DNA of 64,000 bases from Tubiluchus corallicola (lineage: Eukaryota; Animalia; Priapulida), in NCBI GenBank assembly GCA_030141605.1, contig JAQGDQ010000003.1, positions 1,116,001-1,180,000 of the forward strand, in the 5' to 3' direction. Shown here piece after piece: positions 1-34,200 of the stretch. The notes under the pieces were generated by a model. That model searched no databases. It was not told the origin of the DNA and worked only from the letters and a program-made list of their open reading frames with translations. The stretch's first letter is position 1. Each line of letters begins with the position of its first letter. A program made the position numbers and the translations under genes.

Positions 1-425
1 TTTACAATGTAAATACGTGTAAGTGGTGAAAATTATAATAAAACTGACATTTTAGGTACAACTTTTCAAATCTCTGTGGGGTTCTGTCGCCGTTCGCTGT
101 CGCACCAATTCCTTCCCAACTATTGTACACATTAAGCTAAAATATAACTGTAACACTAACATTCTGGGCATTTGCGGCTCGAGACGTTTCATTTCTCACA
201 TTGTTGCAAATAAAAGACGAAGAGACGCAAGTGTTCAGGATACTTAAGAAAACTATTGTTGTTATTACTTTTACTAATACATTTGCCAAATTCATTTCAA
301 ACAAGATAAATTTATGTGGCATAAATTTTTCGTCTGTAATAATGCTACTAGAACGCGCAATTTTCTTCACTACTTTTCCATTGTTTTTTAGGAGTTCAGA
401 GATTTTTGCTGATGACGACGGGCAT

Positions 426-1235
426 TGTTATAAGTTTAAGTGGAAAAGCTTTTGATAATCTGGGATAATCCCTGTGCTTAAATCGGAAAAACACTCAAAG
501 AACGTGTGTCTCGGAAAAAGCTTAACCTTGAACATTTTGCTTAATAATCACTCAGCATTATTTGGCGAAGCACTATCGTGTGGAAAACGTAGTCAGCTGT
601 CACGTACTCTTGGTATCCAATCGCCGTTTTTATCACTTAATTAGTGCAGACTAGCTGACGGCGGAGTTTGCAGCTTCGACGCCTTTGTGGTTTTTACATC
701 TTAAAAAATAATAATTTGTCTAAAAGGAGTCCAGTTCATCCCAAGATGCTTTCTTGTTCCTCAGAAATAATGACAAGAAAACAGGTTAAATGCTGGAAAG
801 GGAAGGTTCTTGGCACCTGCTTTCCCTCGGTGCCATGTTTCAAAGATAAACAATTAAAAAGACAACGTTAATGACCCGACGATTAAAATGTCACGCGTCA
901 TTAAAACGCAAAATCTAAACTGGTGCTACTTTGTCTTTCAACGTGTATGAGGAACTTGTGTGATTGTATAAAATCATTTACCAAGTAATAAAATTGTATA
1001 CCGGCAAAATTAGGCCTACTATAGTTGCGTGATGTCAGTAACTGCAGCATATATAGAAATACCATCAGTAGCAGCAACAACAACATCACTATGATAATGT
1101 TTTTCATTGGCATCATATCAACTCAAAAATTCATAATAATAATATAATAATAATAATAATGATGATGACGGTGATGATGATGGTGATAATGATGATGATG
1201 ATGATGATGATGATAATAATAATAATAATAATAAT

Positions 1236-1278
<43 letters not shown>

Positions 1279-1815
1279 ATAATAATTAACAACACGAAGT
1301 TGACAACAATCAGCAGCGGCTTGCAGCAAACATCATCAGTGGAAGTGTATTGCCACACAATAACGATACTGCCATCATAATCATCACTAGTGACTATCGC
1401 CATAATTAGCAAAACTAACTTCAGCACGTACAGTAACAGCATATAGTAACGCTAATGACCTCTCTCTCCCATAACAACAAAAATAATTCAGTTATTCGCT
1501 CTTAAATTAAAAGTATTGTCCGAGCTCTGTATTCTGCAGTCAATATCGGCTCATAGAAATAGTTTGTTTATAGATATATTTCATGCACTGTTAAATTTAC
1601 GAAACAAAATAATTTTGAATAACAAAAAATAATATAGATTCATTACCAGACGAAACTTGTCTATGAATAATCAGATAGTAAATTGAAATTTTTGTCTTGC
1701 GTAATGGATACCTTTTTATGCGATAATAATTAAAATTGCGTACCATATCCTAATTTCTAGGATCAGGAATTTAATTTTTCCGATTTATCACCGTTTCCCA
1801 CTTAAGCTTATAACA
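426..1815. mobile_element. Non-autonomous TIR DNA transposon with TGT...ACA termini (Ginger-like by termini), copy 1
   Basis: Left end TGTTATAAGTTTAAGTGGAAAA (426) is the near reverse complement of right end TTTCCCACTTAAGCTTATAACA (to 1815). The body aligns by eye with 11160-12380. No ORF and no clean TSD. Confidence 0.75.
1135..1285. repeat. Compound trinucleotide microsatellite (AAT)/(GAT)/(AAT)/(AAC)
   Basis: Directly visible; lies inside TIR element copy 1. Confidence 0.97.
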
Positions 1816-2049
1816 GTCGTGTCACCATGACACGGGATTTTAAGGCACTGACTCATCGCTAATGACCCAAGATGTCATGCGATTCAGCTGTTATTACTGT
1901 AGTTTTAGCCGAGTTTTTATACCATCTTGATCTTCATCAGAGAACGTAATATCCGCTATGAGGAACGTTTAAGTGTTCTTGTTGCACTCAAATGTTTTTA
2001 GTAGGCAATGTTAATTAGGCAACGACTAGTACGAGAGAGAGAGGGAGTG

Positions 2050-2165
<116 letters not shown>

Positions 2166-5059
2166 TTGGAAGACATTTGCAAAATTGAAACAACTTAGAT
2201 TTTATCGCTTTATTGTTTTGGTTTTAAAAGAAAAGGGAAAACATGCGACTTGAAAATAGAAAAGCAGCAAACTAGCAGAGCCGCAATGTAGTCTGTTGGT
2301 TCGTAATAGCAAGGAGGTGACCAAGTTTGCAGGTTTAACCTACAATATTTAAATACGTAGACTGTAGTTCAAAAACTTACATATGTTATAAGTTTCTTGG
2401 TTGTATCACTATGATATTTGTCAGCCAGTGCACCTGCAGCTGCTAGAAGAAAAACACCAGGAATAGTGAATGGCTGAAACTTCATCTTGAATTATTTATA
2501 TACTTACACATTCAATTAAAAATTTCCAAAAAACTTTAAGAAGTCTTGGCGTTAGAAAATTGTTCATAGTTATTAATACCATCACTAAATGTGCTGGCAA
2601 AGTCAATACCCACTCCCCTGTGCGTGCCTCTGCAAATGAATATTAGTGGTCTTAAACTTAACTGCCAAAATTGTTTCCCATTACACACAAGTCATTTGCA
2701 TGTTTAGATGACTATGATTTAAATTTGTTAAAATTCAACTAGTTGTTTATTTTGCTAGTATATTTTTATGTCGCTTGACATTATTATAGCCTATAATATT
2801 TGTGCAACAATCGTGACTTTTCAAAAAGAAACAGTTGACATCTAGTGTTTAATTTTAACAAACCTAATTTTCTGGAAATTTCTCATAATTTCTCTCTGTA
2901 GAAACCCAAGAACAGACAACAATAAGATGATAATAATTTCTCCTGTCATTTTGCCTGTCTAACAAGATGTTGTACGTTGCAGTATTTTTGCAGGCTGAAT
3001 ATTGAAGACCTAATTTGTGACATGATATTTTTACATCATTGTATTTCACTGTCATTCGACAGCCAGAATTATTATTGTAATGAAGAGCAAATGACAGGAT
3101 AAGACAAGTACTTACTACTACTTTACAAAAAGTGACAAAAAGTTTTAACAAGAAAAATATTCCTGTGTTACATTGTTGAGTGCTGGAACACCAAATATCA
3201 CTCAACGAATTGAGAAACTAACACCTGTTATAAAAACGCCTTCGCGTTGAAAATGATCGACACATACAGGAGTTGTCGTAAATTTTAACAATAGCAAGTT
3301 AGAAAATCTTTCGCTGCCTTTTTTGGTACTCCTTCATTTAAATCTTCTGTATCTTTGGACAGTTCTAGGGGAATGACTTAAAATTTTTGCTGTTTGTGCA
3401 CAAAACGTGTGCAACGCCAGTGTGATAATGTTTAAGAAATTCTCTCGTTTTTTACTTATAATATCGTAGTCAAAACTTTGGCCCGTTTTTGTGCCACCTG
3501 ATATATTGCAAAAAAAGTTAAAACTCGGACACTACATCTCACGTCATCAAAATATTATGCTAGTCACTACGTAGTTATTTGACCACTACCAGTCAGACTA
3601 CTAGCTGAAATTTTGAGTAACGGTAGTGCAGTAATAGCTGCAGAAAATAGTCTTTGAAGTCGCTAACTCTAACGTCTTTAATGCGTTCATTCAGTCAAAA
3701 ATAAAAATAAATATATTGCAAGTCATTTTTTCTTTTACAGTAATTAAGCTACTATACAAAAGTAAAAAAAAAGCGTGGCACAGCAATGAATATTTAAGAC
3801 ACATATAAGCTTTGTTTCAGTAATTTGCTACACAATAGCTGATAGTTGTAAATTAAAAATTATCTTAAATAGCCGGAAATTAAAGTAATAACAGTAGGTT
3901 ATAGGTGATGGTAAGATGGTAAACCGATAGTTGAAAAAATTAGTCAGAATTAATGCCACAGCCCCACTAATATCAAAAAAGTGCACCCGTAGTGTTGATT
4001 TTAGATTTGCACCAGATTATCATTTTGCTGTGATAGCTCTCAGCTTCATCAAATCTAGGGCTAATTCAGCTGAACGAGATATAACAAGCTACTTGTCTGC
4101 TACGAGTATTTAAAACTGTCAACTTATTATATAGGTTTATGTCTTTATGAGCAGAAAAGTGAACGAACGACATGTAAATTAAATTAATTGAAAGACAAAC
4201 TCCTGAAGATCAGCAAAACTGTTACTACTACACAAAGGTTTCAGATTACCTGCTTAGGCTTCTGTCAACTTTAATTATAAGACGTGATCTTTACCAGACG
4301 AGTGACAATGAAAAGATATGATAAGTGTATTTTCACATGCAGCTCGAGAAACGTACCGCCATCTTGAAATGTTATGTCATCTTTATACAGATAGGCCTAA
4401 TTAGTTCCCGAATTTTACTGCAGCCTGCTAACAAAGTTTATGTTTTGCGTAGTGTTGGGTAAAATTAACTAAAATCTCTTTAAAACTTATCCTTCGTAAA
4501 GCTATTAAATTAATGAAAATGATTATATAGATGGTTTGTGGCGAGCTTGACCAGAGGTTGACCAGAAAGAGTTTCTATAAACGTTTCCGTCGGGTATATT
4601 CTTGTTGTCATTTATCATGCCTTTCAAAATCCGTTCTCAATGACGTCAGAAACATTGATATTTTTCAAATGCAATGAACTTTATAAAGTTCAAAATTTAA
4701 ATAAAGAAATCAGTATAATTGCTTTTTAAACTGTGTTAGCCTGGGAAAAATGGAGTAGCTGTTGTGTGTTTGCTCACAATGTGTTAATATTTTAATTTTT
4801 AATTAATTAAAACTGAAAGACTCGCGCTCGGATGGGTGCAATAAGGACCATCACAGAGGCACAGACTATTTTTTGTTAAATTTGTTCGCAAAATACAGCA
4901 CTCAAAAGCTAGGTTTACTGCTATTTTTGAATGATTGGATAGGATAGGTCCCTACCTAATTTTTGAAAGATAAAGAATGAAAAATCTTAACTACGTCCTG
5001 ATGTGTATACTTCCACAGGAGGAGAAATGGGGCCTAGTTTGAGGCGGCAATTAAACAAA

Positions 5060-5965
5060 ATTGTACTAAGCTATTTTTTCGGCTGTCACCTATTCATTTG
5101 CTAACCAAACTTGGCGCTGTTTAGCTGATTGAGCAATCAGTGACTAACGTCAAGGGTTGTGTCAAAACCAAAGGGTGTTGTAAAGCATGGTAAAGATACA
5201 ACTTCTCCCTTGACGTGCGACTTTAACAGACAAATATGTGCATTATAAACCCCATTGCCTAAAATCGCTCGTACCTTTTTCTTTTGCTTTGACCCGAATT
5301 TTCTACCTGGCATTGTGCCATCTGCATAATAACTTTTTCTGACGTATTTTACACAGAGGCTCAGACGTGGAATCTGCTCAGGACAGATACTACGATGATG
5401 TTTATTCGATCCACGGTATGCACAACTCCAAGTGGGTATGCAGGAACTAGTTGTGTGGAAAGTTGGCAAGCAACGCAAGCAATGGTCGGAAAAATGATCA
5501 TTAGCATTACAAAACACACATGTCCTATTAACAACTCGTGGGCTGTTAACTTAAACTTTGTTTTAGGTTTTACGGATGAATTAGTTGGAATACCTGCTAT
5601 TAGCACGCCCTCATGCTTCCGCACCTGGTTACGATGTTGTGGTTTAGGTCGCGATTCTGCCTTCGGCTGGGGTGTAGAACACTCGTCACCTCTTGTTTCC
5701 ATGGTGGTAACGTACTTCCGCAGTCTAGTAAAACAGTGAGGATACTCGATTCAGCAGAAGGGGCAGAAGAAACAGGTGTGACGTCAGGTGAAACAGGGAT
5801 TAAAACGTCATAAATGCTCGGAACAGATAAGGCTGTCCGTACATCTCCAGATGTACGTCTAAACTAGTAATTAATCGAGTAACTCAGTTCCCCAAGTTTC
5901 GTTTGACGATAATATTAGCTTGCTGTAATCAACATCATCATCATCATCATCACCATCACCACCAA

Positions 5966-6018
<53 letters not shown>

Positions 6019-6344
6019 GTACCATCACATGAGTTACATCACATGATTAACATCAGTAGCAAAAACAACTCATTAGCTGTATTAGATACAGCGTCAAGCT
6101 TTGACTGCAAATATTTCTTTGTAATATGAAACACTCAAGGAAGCAATGTGTTTATCTCTCGTTCTAGCAACTGTGGAGATTGTAGTTACCCTCGTCTGGA
6201 CCTGACGCCCCTACCGAAAACGAAAAAAGCAGTCACTGTATCCGTCGCCGTACTTGCAGTCACAACGGGTTGTGGACTAAGTTGTACACTTTTATCGTTT
6301 CCAGGCATCTCAGCTTTGCTTTGGAGACGTGTCTTAGGCGGCAT
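5060..6344 (-). mobile_element. Degenerate BEL/Pao LTR-retrotransposon gag-protease relic
   Basis: Minus-strand translation shows three Cys/His knuckles (CMFCNANDHFSDHC, LRCLPTFHTTSSC, CAYRGSNKHHRSIC), then VRAILGNG (cf. protease VRAILDSG) and AKFG* (cf. TKFGW). An MPPKTRLQSK gag-like start lies at 6344. Interrupted by stops and a (CAT)n tract; LTRs not found. Confidence 0.7.
5933..6017. repeat. (CAT)n microsatellite
   Basis: Directly visible. Confidence 0.97.
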
Positions 6345-7261
6345 ACAAGAGTCCCGCTTGTGAAAGAGTGACAAAAAATACAAGCAACAAGAAGCAAACT
6401 GTGTTGTAAATAAGTAATGTAAATAAATCTATCAGCAGGGAATAACGTAAATAGTACCTTGTTTGAATCAGGTATACAGTACAGTGGGTAAGAAAAAACC
6501 TGTTAATGTAAAAACGTGTGCTGGCAACGGCCAGGTAGGAAACGGAACCAAAAATTAGCTCAAAAGTTTGGAAGAATACATAAGAAAAAACATGCGAATA
6601 CCTTACCAAGATATTAGTGTACAAGAGCAAACTAAGTTGTAAAAAACACTTGGTTAACTAAACATGACAATGAATGTAAAAAAGAACTTTATAAATGTGC
6701 ATAATAAAAACAGCTTTGAACTGGTTACGTTTAGGTTAAGTTAAAAACGAGCAGTATCCTGATAAATTTTGAATCCAGTTCCACAGGGAACACAAAAACC
6801 CGTGCATAAACACTTACTGTCAAGGGTAACAAATTACGTTGCAGGTAGGATAATGAAAAACCACAGTTATTGTAAAAATTGACATCGTGTATCGAGGTAC
6901 GCCATACTGGCGCATTTTTCGACAGGTTTCATGATTTCAAATTTTTCTTTTGTTCTGTTATAAACAAGACCACAAAGAGATGAATGTTGAAAAACAAGAA
7001 AATAAAAATTATCACTATTCCAGCTCCCGGTAATTCACGCAGCACATTCACGTCACAGCGCAACGGGTAAGCTCCCTGCGCAGTAATATCCTAAGATGTG
7101 AGTAGGGAACTATAGAACTTCAGTAAAAGCTGACCTCTAAGTTACAGTAGATTCCTTTTCGTCTTAGACTACGCTTGCCGTTGCATGAAGTGAAAGCAAA
7201 AGAGACCATTTATAATGCTACAAGACCCTAATGATTTTGTGGTACAAGAAACTGAAGCAAG

Positions 7262-28875
<21,614 letters not shown>

Positions 28876-29974
28876 TCTATGTCACCTTACATGTAATGGA
28901 GAGCATTTGCATGCAGCTGGTGAAATCTTCACAGCATCGAATGATACAAGCAATTTGACTTTATGATAGTTGCTCGCGATATCTAGATCACGATCATTCT
29001 TTGTGAATAACACATGCAAGTGTTCGCGTGTATTTGAGAATCAACAAGTAAATAATGAGCCATTCCTCAGTAGAAATTATAAAGAATGCGAAAAAGAAGT
29101 TACCGTGTTTGTCAACCGAGATTAAGAATGGTGATGATTAGTCTGATCAGTACATGGATAGGTGAATTGGTTCGCTACAGACGACACTCACTGGTTTTAT
29201 TCGCCACTACGATTCTAGCTGCTTACCTGGTAGACAGCGATACACGTGCTAATACAACAGTTTAATGCCATACCTGGCTTAGAGGCATGACAATGAGTCA
29301 GACTTTGACCGGCCGCAATTTTCCACATTGAGTAAGCACAGCCGTTGAATGCTGTATTTCAATTGGCAAGAAACACTTATTATGTTTCAAATAAATTAAC
29401 TATTTTTCTCGCTAGTGGTTGTTTTTTTATATTGTAGCGTTATCGTAAAGCAAATCTTGTTGGGAACTGAGACGAAATTCTGCAATACCAGCTTATTAAA
29501 TTGCAAGGAACAATCTTCAAAATTAAGTCATCGTTCAAGATTTCTTTGATAATTATAGCACTGTAGCGGAGTGCGTACTATTGAACCTTGCAAGAAATCA
29601 TATCCTTGCAGACACCTCAAGCTACCTTTTAATATTGCCCTTTTAATATTGATGGACAGATGGTATTAAAAGTGCTCACTATGAAAAAGCACTGCACGTA
29701 ACAAACTTAAATTTTGCTGGCTAAACTCTACAGTTCGCTGCTAAAACCTAGGTACAAAATAATGCTGCACATCTGTCGTCAACGCGTTTGATCACATCAT
29801 GCCTGTCTTGTATTTTGTGCACTGGTTGTCTGTTAAATGTATTATTTCTTAAATTGTTAACTAAGTTGTGAGTATTAGATAATGATACTCCGTATTACAA
29901 CTGTGAACTTTACGTCAGTCATCTTATAGGCTAAGATCCAACGAAGACCTCCCCTATACATACATATACATAAT

Positions 29975-30520
29975 CTTTATTTAAAGTCGGATGTACAACG
30001 GAAGAACATTAGCCAAATAGGCTTTTAATACCGACTGAACTGTACTATGCTAAAAAAGTTTACTAAAATAGACATACAATATTACTCAAATTAGAAATGA
30101 AATCAAAGATGAAAAACAAAAATAAAAATGGGGTACTCTGCAAAATACAAAATAAAATCATACAAACAAGGATAAAAACAAGACAGTCACAAATATTTAA
30201 AAAGGTGAGCATCACTTGATTCTGAAAATATGAAACGATTATATGGAGATAAAAACACACTAAAACAGATTCACTAATAAGACACAGGATATTTAAAAAT
30301 AATTAACACAAATTAGGTAGCACAATCTGAGATACAAATTAGGTTGCACAAGCTGAGAAACCAGTATGAAACTCTATGAAACCAGGTCTTGTGAAAATTT
30401 TGAAATATTTAGGCATCTTTTAAAGACGCATTTATTCACACTAGCGTACAATTGAATACCGTTTTGGAGTCTATAACCAAATTGAATGTTTGTTTTACTG
30501 TGATGCTTACATTTTATAAT
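29975..30520 (-). mobile_element. 3' end of a CR1/L2-type LINE (decayed ORF2 end, 3' UTR, stem-loop tail)
   Basis: Minus strand: decayed ..SVNKCVFKRCL.., a T-rich UTR, then nested stem-loop GTCGG..AGCC..GGCT..CCGAC, TTTAAATAAAG and a short TATG-type repeat tail. Confidence 0.5.
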
Positions 30521-31298
30521 GCAAGCTCATACAGAGTAAACTGGTTCTTCCTAGCGGCTTGATTAATTATTTTATAGCAGAATAAGCATTTTCTATATTT
30601 TTATTTTAACTTTACTGAATTTAGTTCGTTTAGTATTGACTTTATGCATTTTTTCTGTTCAGCATTCAAGCGCGTATTTATTTGATGCTATACAAAAATA
30701 AATGAACTTAAATGATGTGTGTAGTCGCATTTAATTTAGTATATTGTACGGCTTAGCTTGCCATTAATGGTTATTTTTGAAATATTGTGAATGTGCCTTT
30801 AGATAACGTTTAGGGTTGTTAAAGGATGATTGTGTAAACATGTAATTATGTGATTGTGATTATGTAAACATGGTATTGTCCACTGTATGTTAGTTGATTT
30901 TAGCATCTGTTTACCTCAGTGAGTTGTGTTATTAGTTCTTTATTTTGTTTTAATTTCATTAGCATAAACAAACCATGCAACCAAATGTTTGATGTTTACT
31001 TGTAAGCATTACACATATTCGGTACATCTGCAACACCTGAATTTATTTAATTTACACAGTTCACTATGTGACTGAGTCAGCTGTTGTCCTTCACCTTTAA
31101 GGATCCTTGAACTCTATATTATGGGGCAGTGAGCATGAATTGCACTTCGTTCGTTCAATAATCACGATTTAGGTTGATCGTACAAGTAGATATAGCCTAC
31201 GAATAGAGTGCAGTTTTTTTTTCATTAATCCACTTATAGAAGAAGTATTACACTTTTGATAAAGCAAGTTTATTCAGAAAAAGATATTCTGTCATAAC

Positions 31299-34200
31299 AT
31301 GGGTGAGAATACAAGAGCGGGACAGCTTGTTTATTCCGTAGTTCTAGTTGGGCTGACAGCTGTGGCTGTGAAAATTTTCCTGCCAAAACTCACGGAGCCA
31401 AATTTGCCTATTGTTACCCATGGATCAGTTGAAGCTGGTTTTGAAAGCGTCCAAGAGGAGTTCAGGTACGCTTTTGTAAAAACAATTGAAAGTCAGTTAA
31501 GATTTTTGTAATAAGTTTCAATTACATTCTTTTGCTAAATAATAGGCGACATAGGCCTATTATTATTTACAAAAAAACCCCACTGGAGTGCCTTGTTTCA
31601 TAATGTATATACGTGCTTTATCTTTTCGAAAGTTTGAACAGACTGTCAGGTGTAACCTGAAGCATGTGTAAGTTAAAAAACCATTTAAACATATTCTGGA
31701 ACGTCAGTCTACGCGGCCTTAATATACAAAAGATCCCAAACTTGGTCGCTACTGATCTCAATTAGCAATGAAACCTTAAAGTTAGAGTCGACGTTGATTA
31801 TTCAGTTTTCTTTCAAGTCAAGTAGCGTCAGTTAACTGGCTTATTAAGCTTTAAGCTCGTGTGCCTGAATTATAAGTTCTACTATCTGCTAGTATGACGA
31901 TCAGCGTGTTTCTCTGTTGAAATTTTGCTCTACTAAAACAATGAAAAACATATTTTCTATTTTCTCTAGTAACATTAATGTGGTGTCTAATGAGGAGCAA
32001 TGTTTGTTATATATGACTCGCCTGTTTCAACTGCTTAATTCCTAATATGATTGGATTACATATGATAGTCATTAAGGGCAAAGCGAATATTCTGAATTGA
32101 TTGATCCTACAGATGATGAACGAAATGTGTATTCGACAGCTCCCATAAGTGTTTTGTAGGTCTCTTTTTATTGTGTGATAACTGTGTTTTTACCAGCGTG
32201 TCATGTATTTTAAATCGTATGCGAATAACGATATTATTATGTAGGAAACTCTTCGAAGAAGGATTAGAAGAAAACGGAGCTGCATACTCTGTGTATTATA
32301 AAGGGAAATCAGTAGTTGATATTTGGGGTGGATATGCTGATAGATCAACTGCATCTCCATGGAAACAAGACACAATGTCATTGTTTTTCTCTACTTCAAA
32401 AGGCATGGGTGCATTAGCCGTGGCCGTGCTGGTAGATAGGGGACACTTGAGTTATGATGACTTGGTCACAAAACATTGGCCAAAGTTTGGGCAGAACGGC
32501 AAAGACAACGTAACAGTCTCCATGTTGCTCTCCCATCAGGTGCAACTTTTACCTATGTCTGTAGGCCTATCAGTATTTGATAATTCGACTTATTGTAAAA
32601 AGAACTATGTAAGATTGATAATCAAATTGTAATAAAAACAAAATGCAGTTTTTATTCTGCATTGATAGGCTGGATTATCCTCATTAGATGAAGGCGTTAA
32701 ATTGACGATAGATGACTTGAACGATCATAAAAAGATAGGAGACTTCCTTTCAAATCAGAAACCTCAGTGGCCACCAGGAACTGCGCATGGCTATCATGCA
32801 TTTACACAGGTTGTACTTTTACTTTAATCTAATGGTTTATTTCTTCATTAAATTTTTGCACTGATATCATGTAGAGATATTTTGATTAAAGATGGCGTTC
32901 TTTCAAAAACTTTGTTCTTAAAAGTTGGTGTCAACAGCAATAAGAAAAAAATCCATACAATGTGAATCTGTCTATTGATGTTTTTGACAGGGATGGCTGG
33001 TCAATCAACTTGTTATGAGAACTGATCCTAAAAAAAGAACTGTTGGACAGTTTTTTAAAGAAGAGATTGCCGATCCGTTTGGTATGAGATGGGAATAAGT
33101 TACACGTATACAATCTTTACTGGCAAGAATTAAAGCAATTTATAAAAAAACTAGTCCAGAATACGAAGCATTCCGTTACCTGTTTATTGACTTTATTCCC
33201 AACTGCGTAAATATAACATTTAAAACATCATTTACCGTTGCCATGGTACATTTATCGCGAAAATGTCACTTAGAGCATCATCTACTGTTGTCATGGTTTT
33301 TCCGTTTTTCATAAAAATTTGGTAATAAGGGCTAACTCTATTGTGACGTCACACTATTAAAAGCTGACAAATGAGCAACACCGAGAACGAGCACGAGAAC
33401 AGCATCACTTCGAAATAGATCCTTTATAGAGTTACTTCGCAGGCAAACATCAATAAACTTTCATCAAAAATAAAGAATTAGCACGATGTTTCAGCAAACT
33501 GAGGTGTAATATATTCAGTTGAAAGGAAAGGACAAAAATCACAAAATTCGAAATAATTGTTTATTTCATGTTTAGCTTAAACGTGATTACTTAAATTCTA
33601 CAAACCTTTAGAAGCAGTTTTCAAGTTCATTTAGTGAAAATGCTTTATATAGCTTTAAAGAGAACGGCGTTAGTAATACGTATACATTTAAATTATTCTT
33701 TTTACATTAAACAAAAAGAAAATGTTCTGTATTGAATTTAAAGTTACTTTACAGATTAGTCGTTTAAAGTTACTCTGGAAAAAATAACTGCAATGGATTG
33801 ATTACTAAATTATTTGAAGATTTAGAATTTAAGGACTTTAAGTAATTTTACGTTGTGAAGAAAAAAATCCTTTTTCTTTTGACAGCTAGAACAATTTGAT
33901 CCCACAATTAAGAGCTGAAATACTTCACTCTAATACACCTTGAATTTTTTGAGCATAAGACTCAGAATTTTTACTAATTGTATTATAAATTACAAAATAC
34001 AGAAACTTACTACTTAGCCTTTTTTGTGTCGTTTTCTTCTTTCTGCTGCAGATCACAGCAGGGTACTGAAACGCTTTGTCTTTTCTACTTTTATTGAGAG
34101 ACATCTCTATTAATTGAGAATACTTTACTAAATCTATTTTGGGGAACATCATTGACTATTCCTTGGAACTATTATATCTAATTTTAGTTTTTTTTATAAA

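Noticed and set aside
1123-1442. Poly-Cys/His/Val/Ile/Thr ORFs (also 2008-2253, 9422-9691, 26158-26498, 47902-48200, 55355-55888, 59504-59701)
   Set aside because: Translations of microsatellites in introns or spacers; no splice or domain support.
6530-6560. Primer-binding site and LTR boundary for the BEL relic
   Set aside because: TTTTTGGTTCCG on the minus strand is PBS-like, but there is no preceding CA LTR end and no second LTR in the window.
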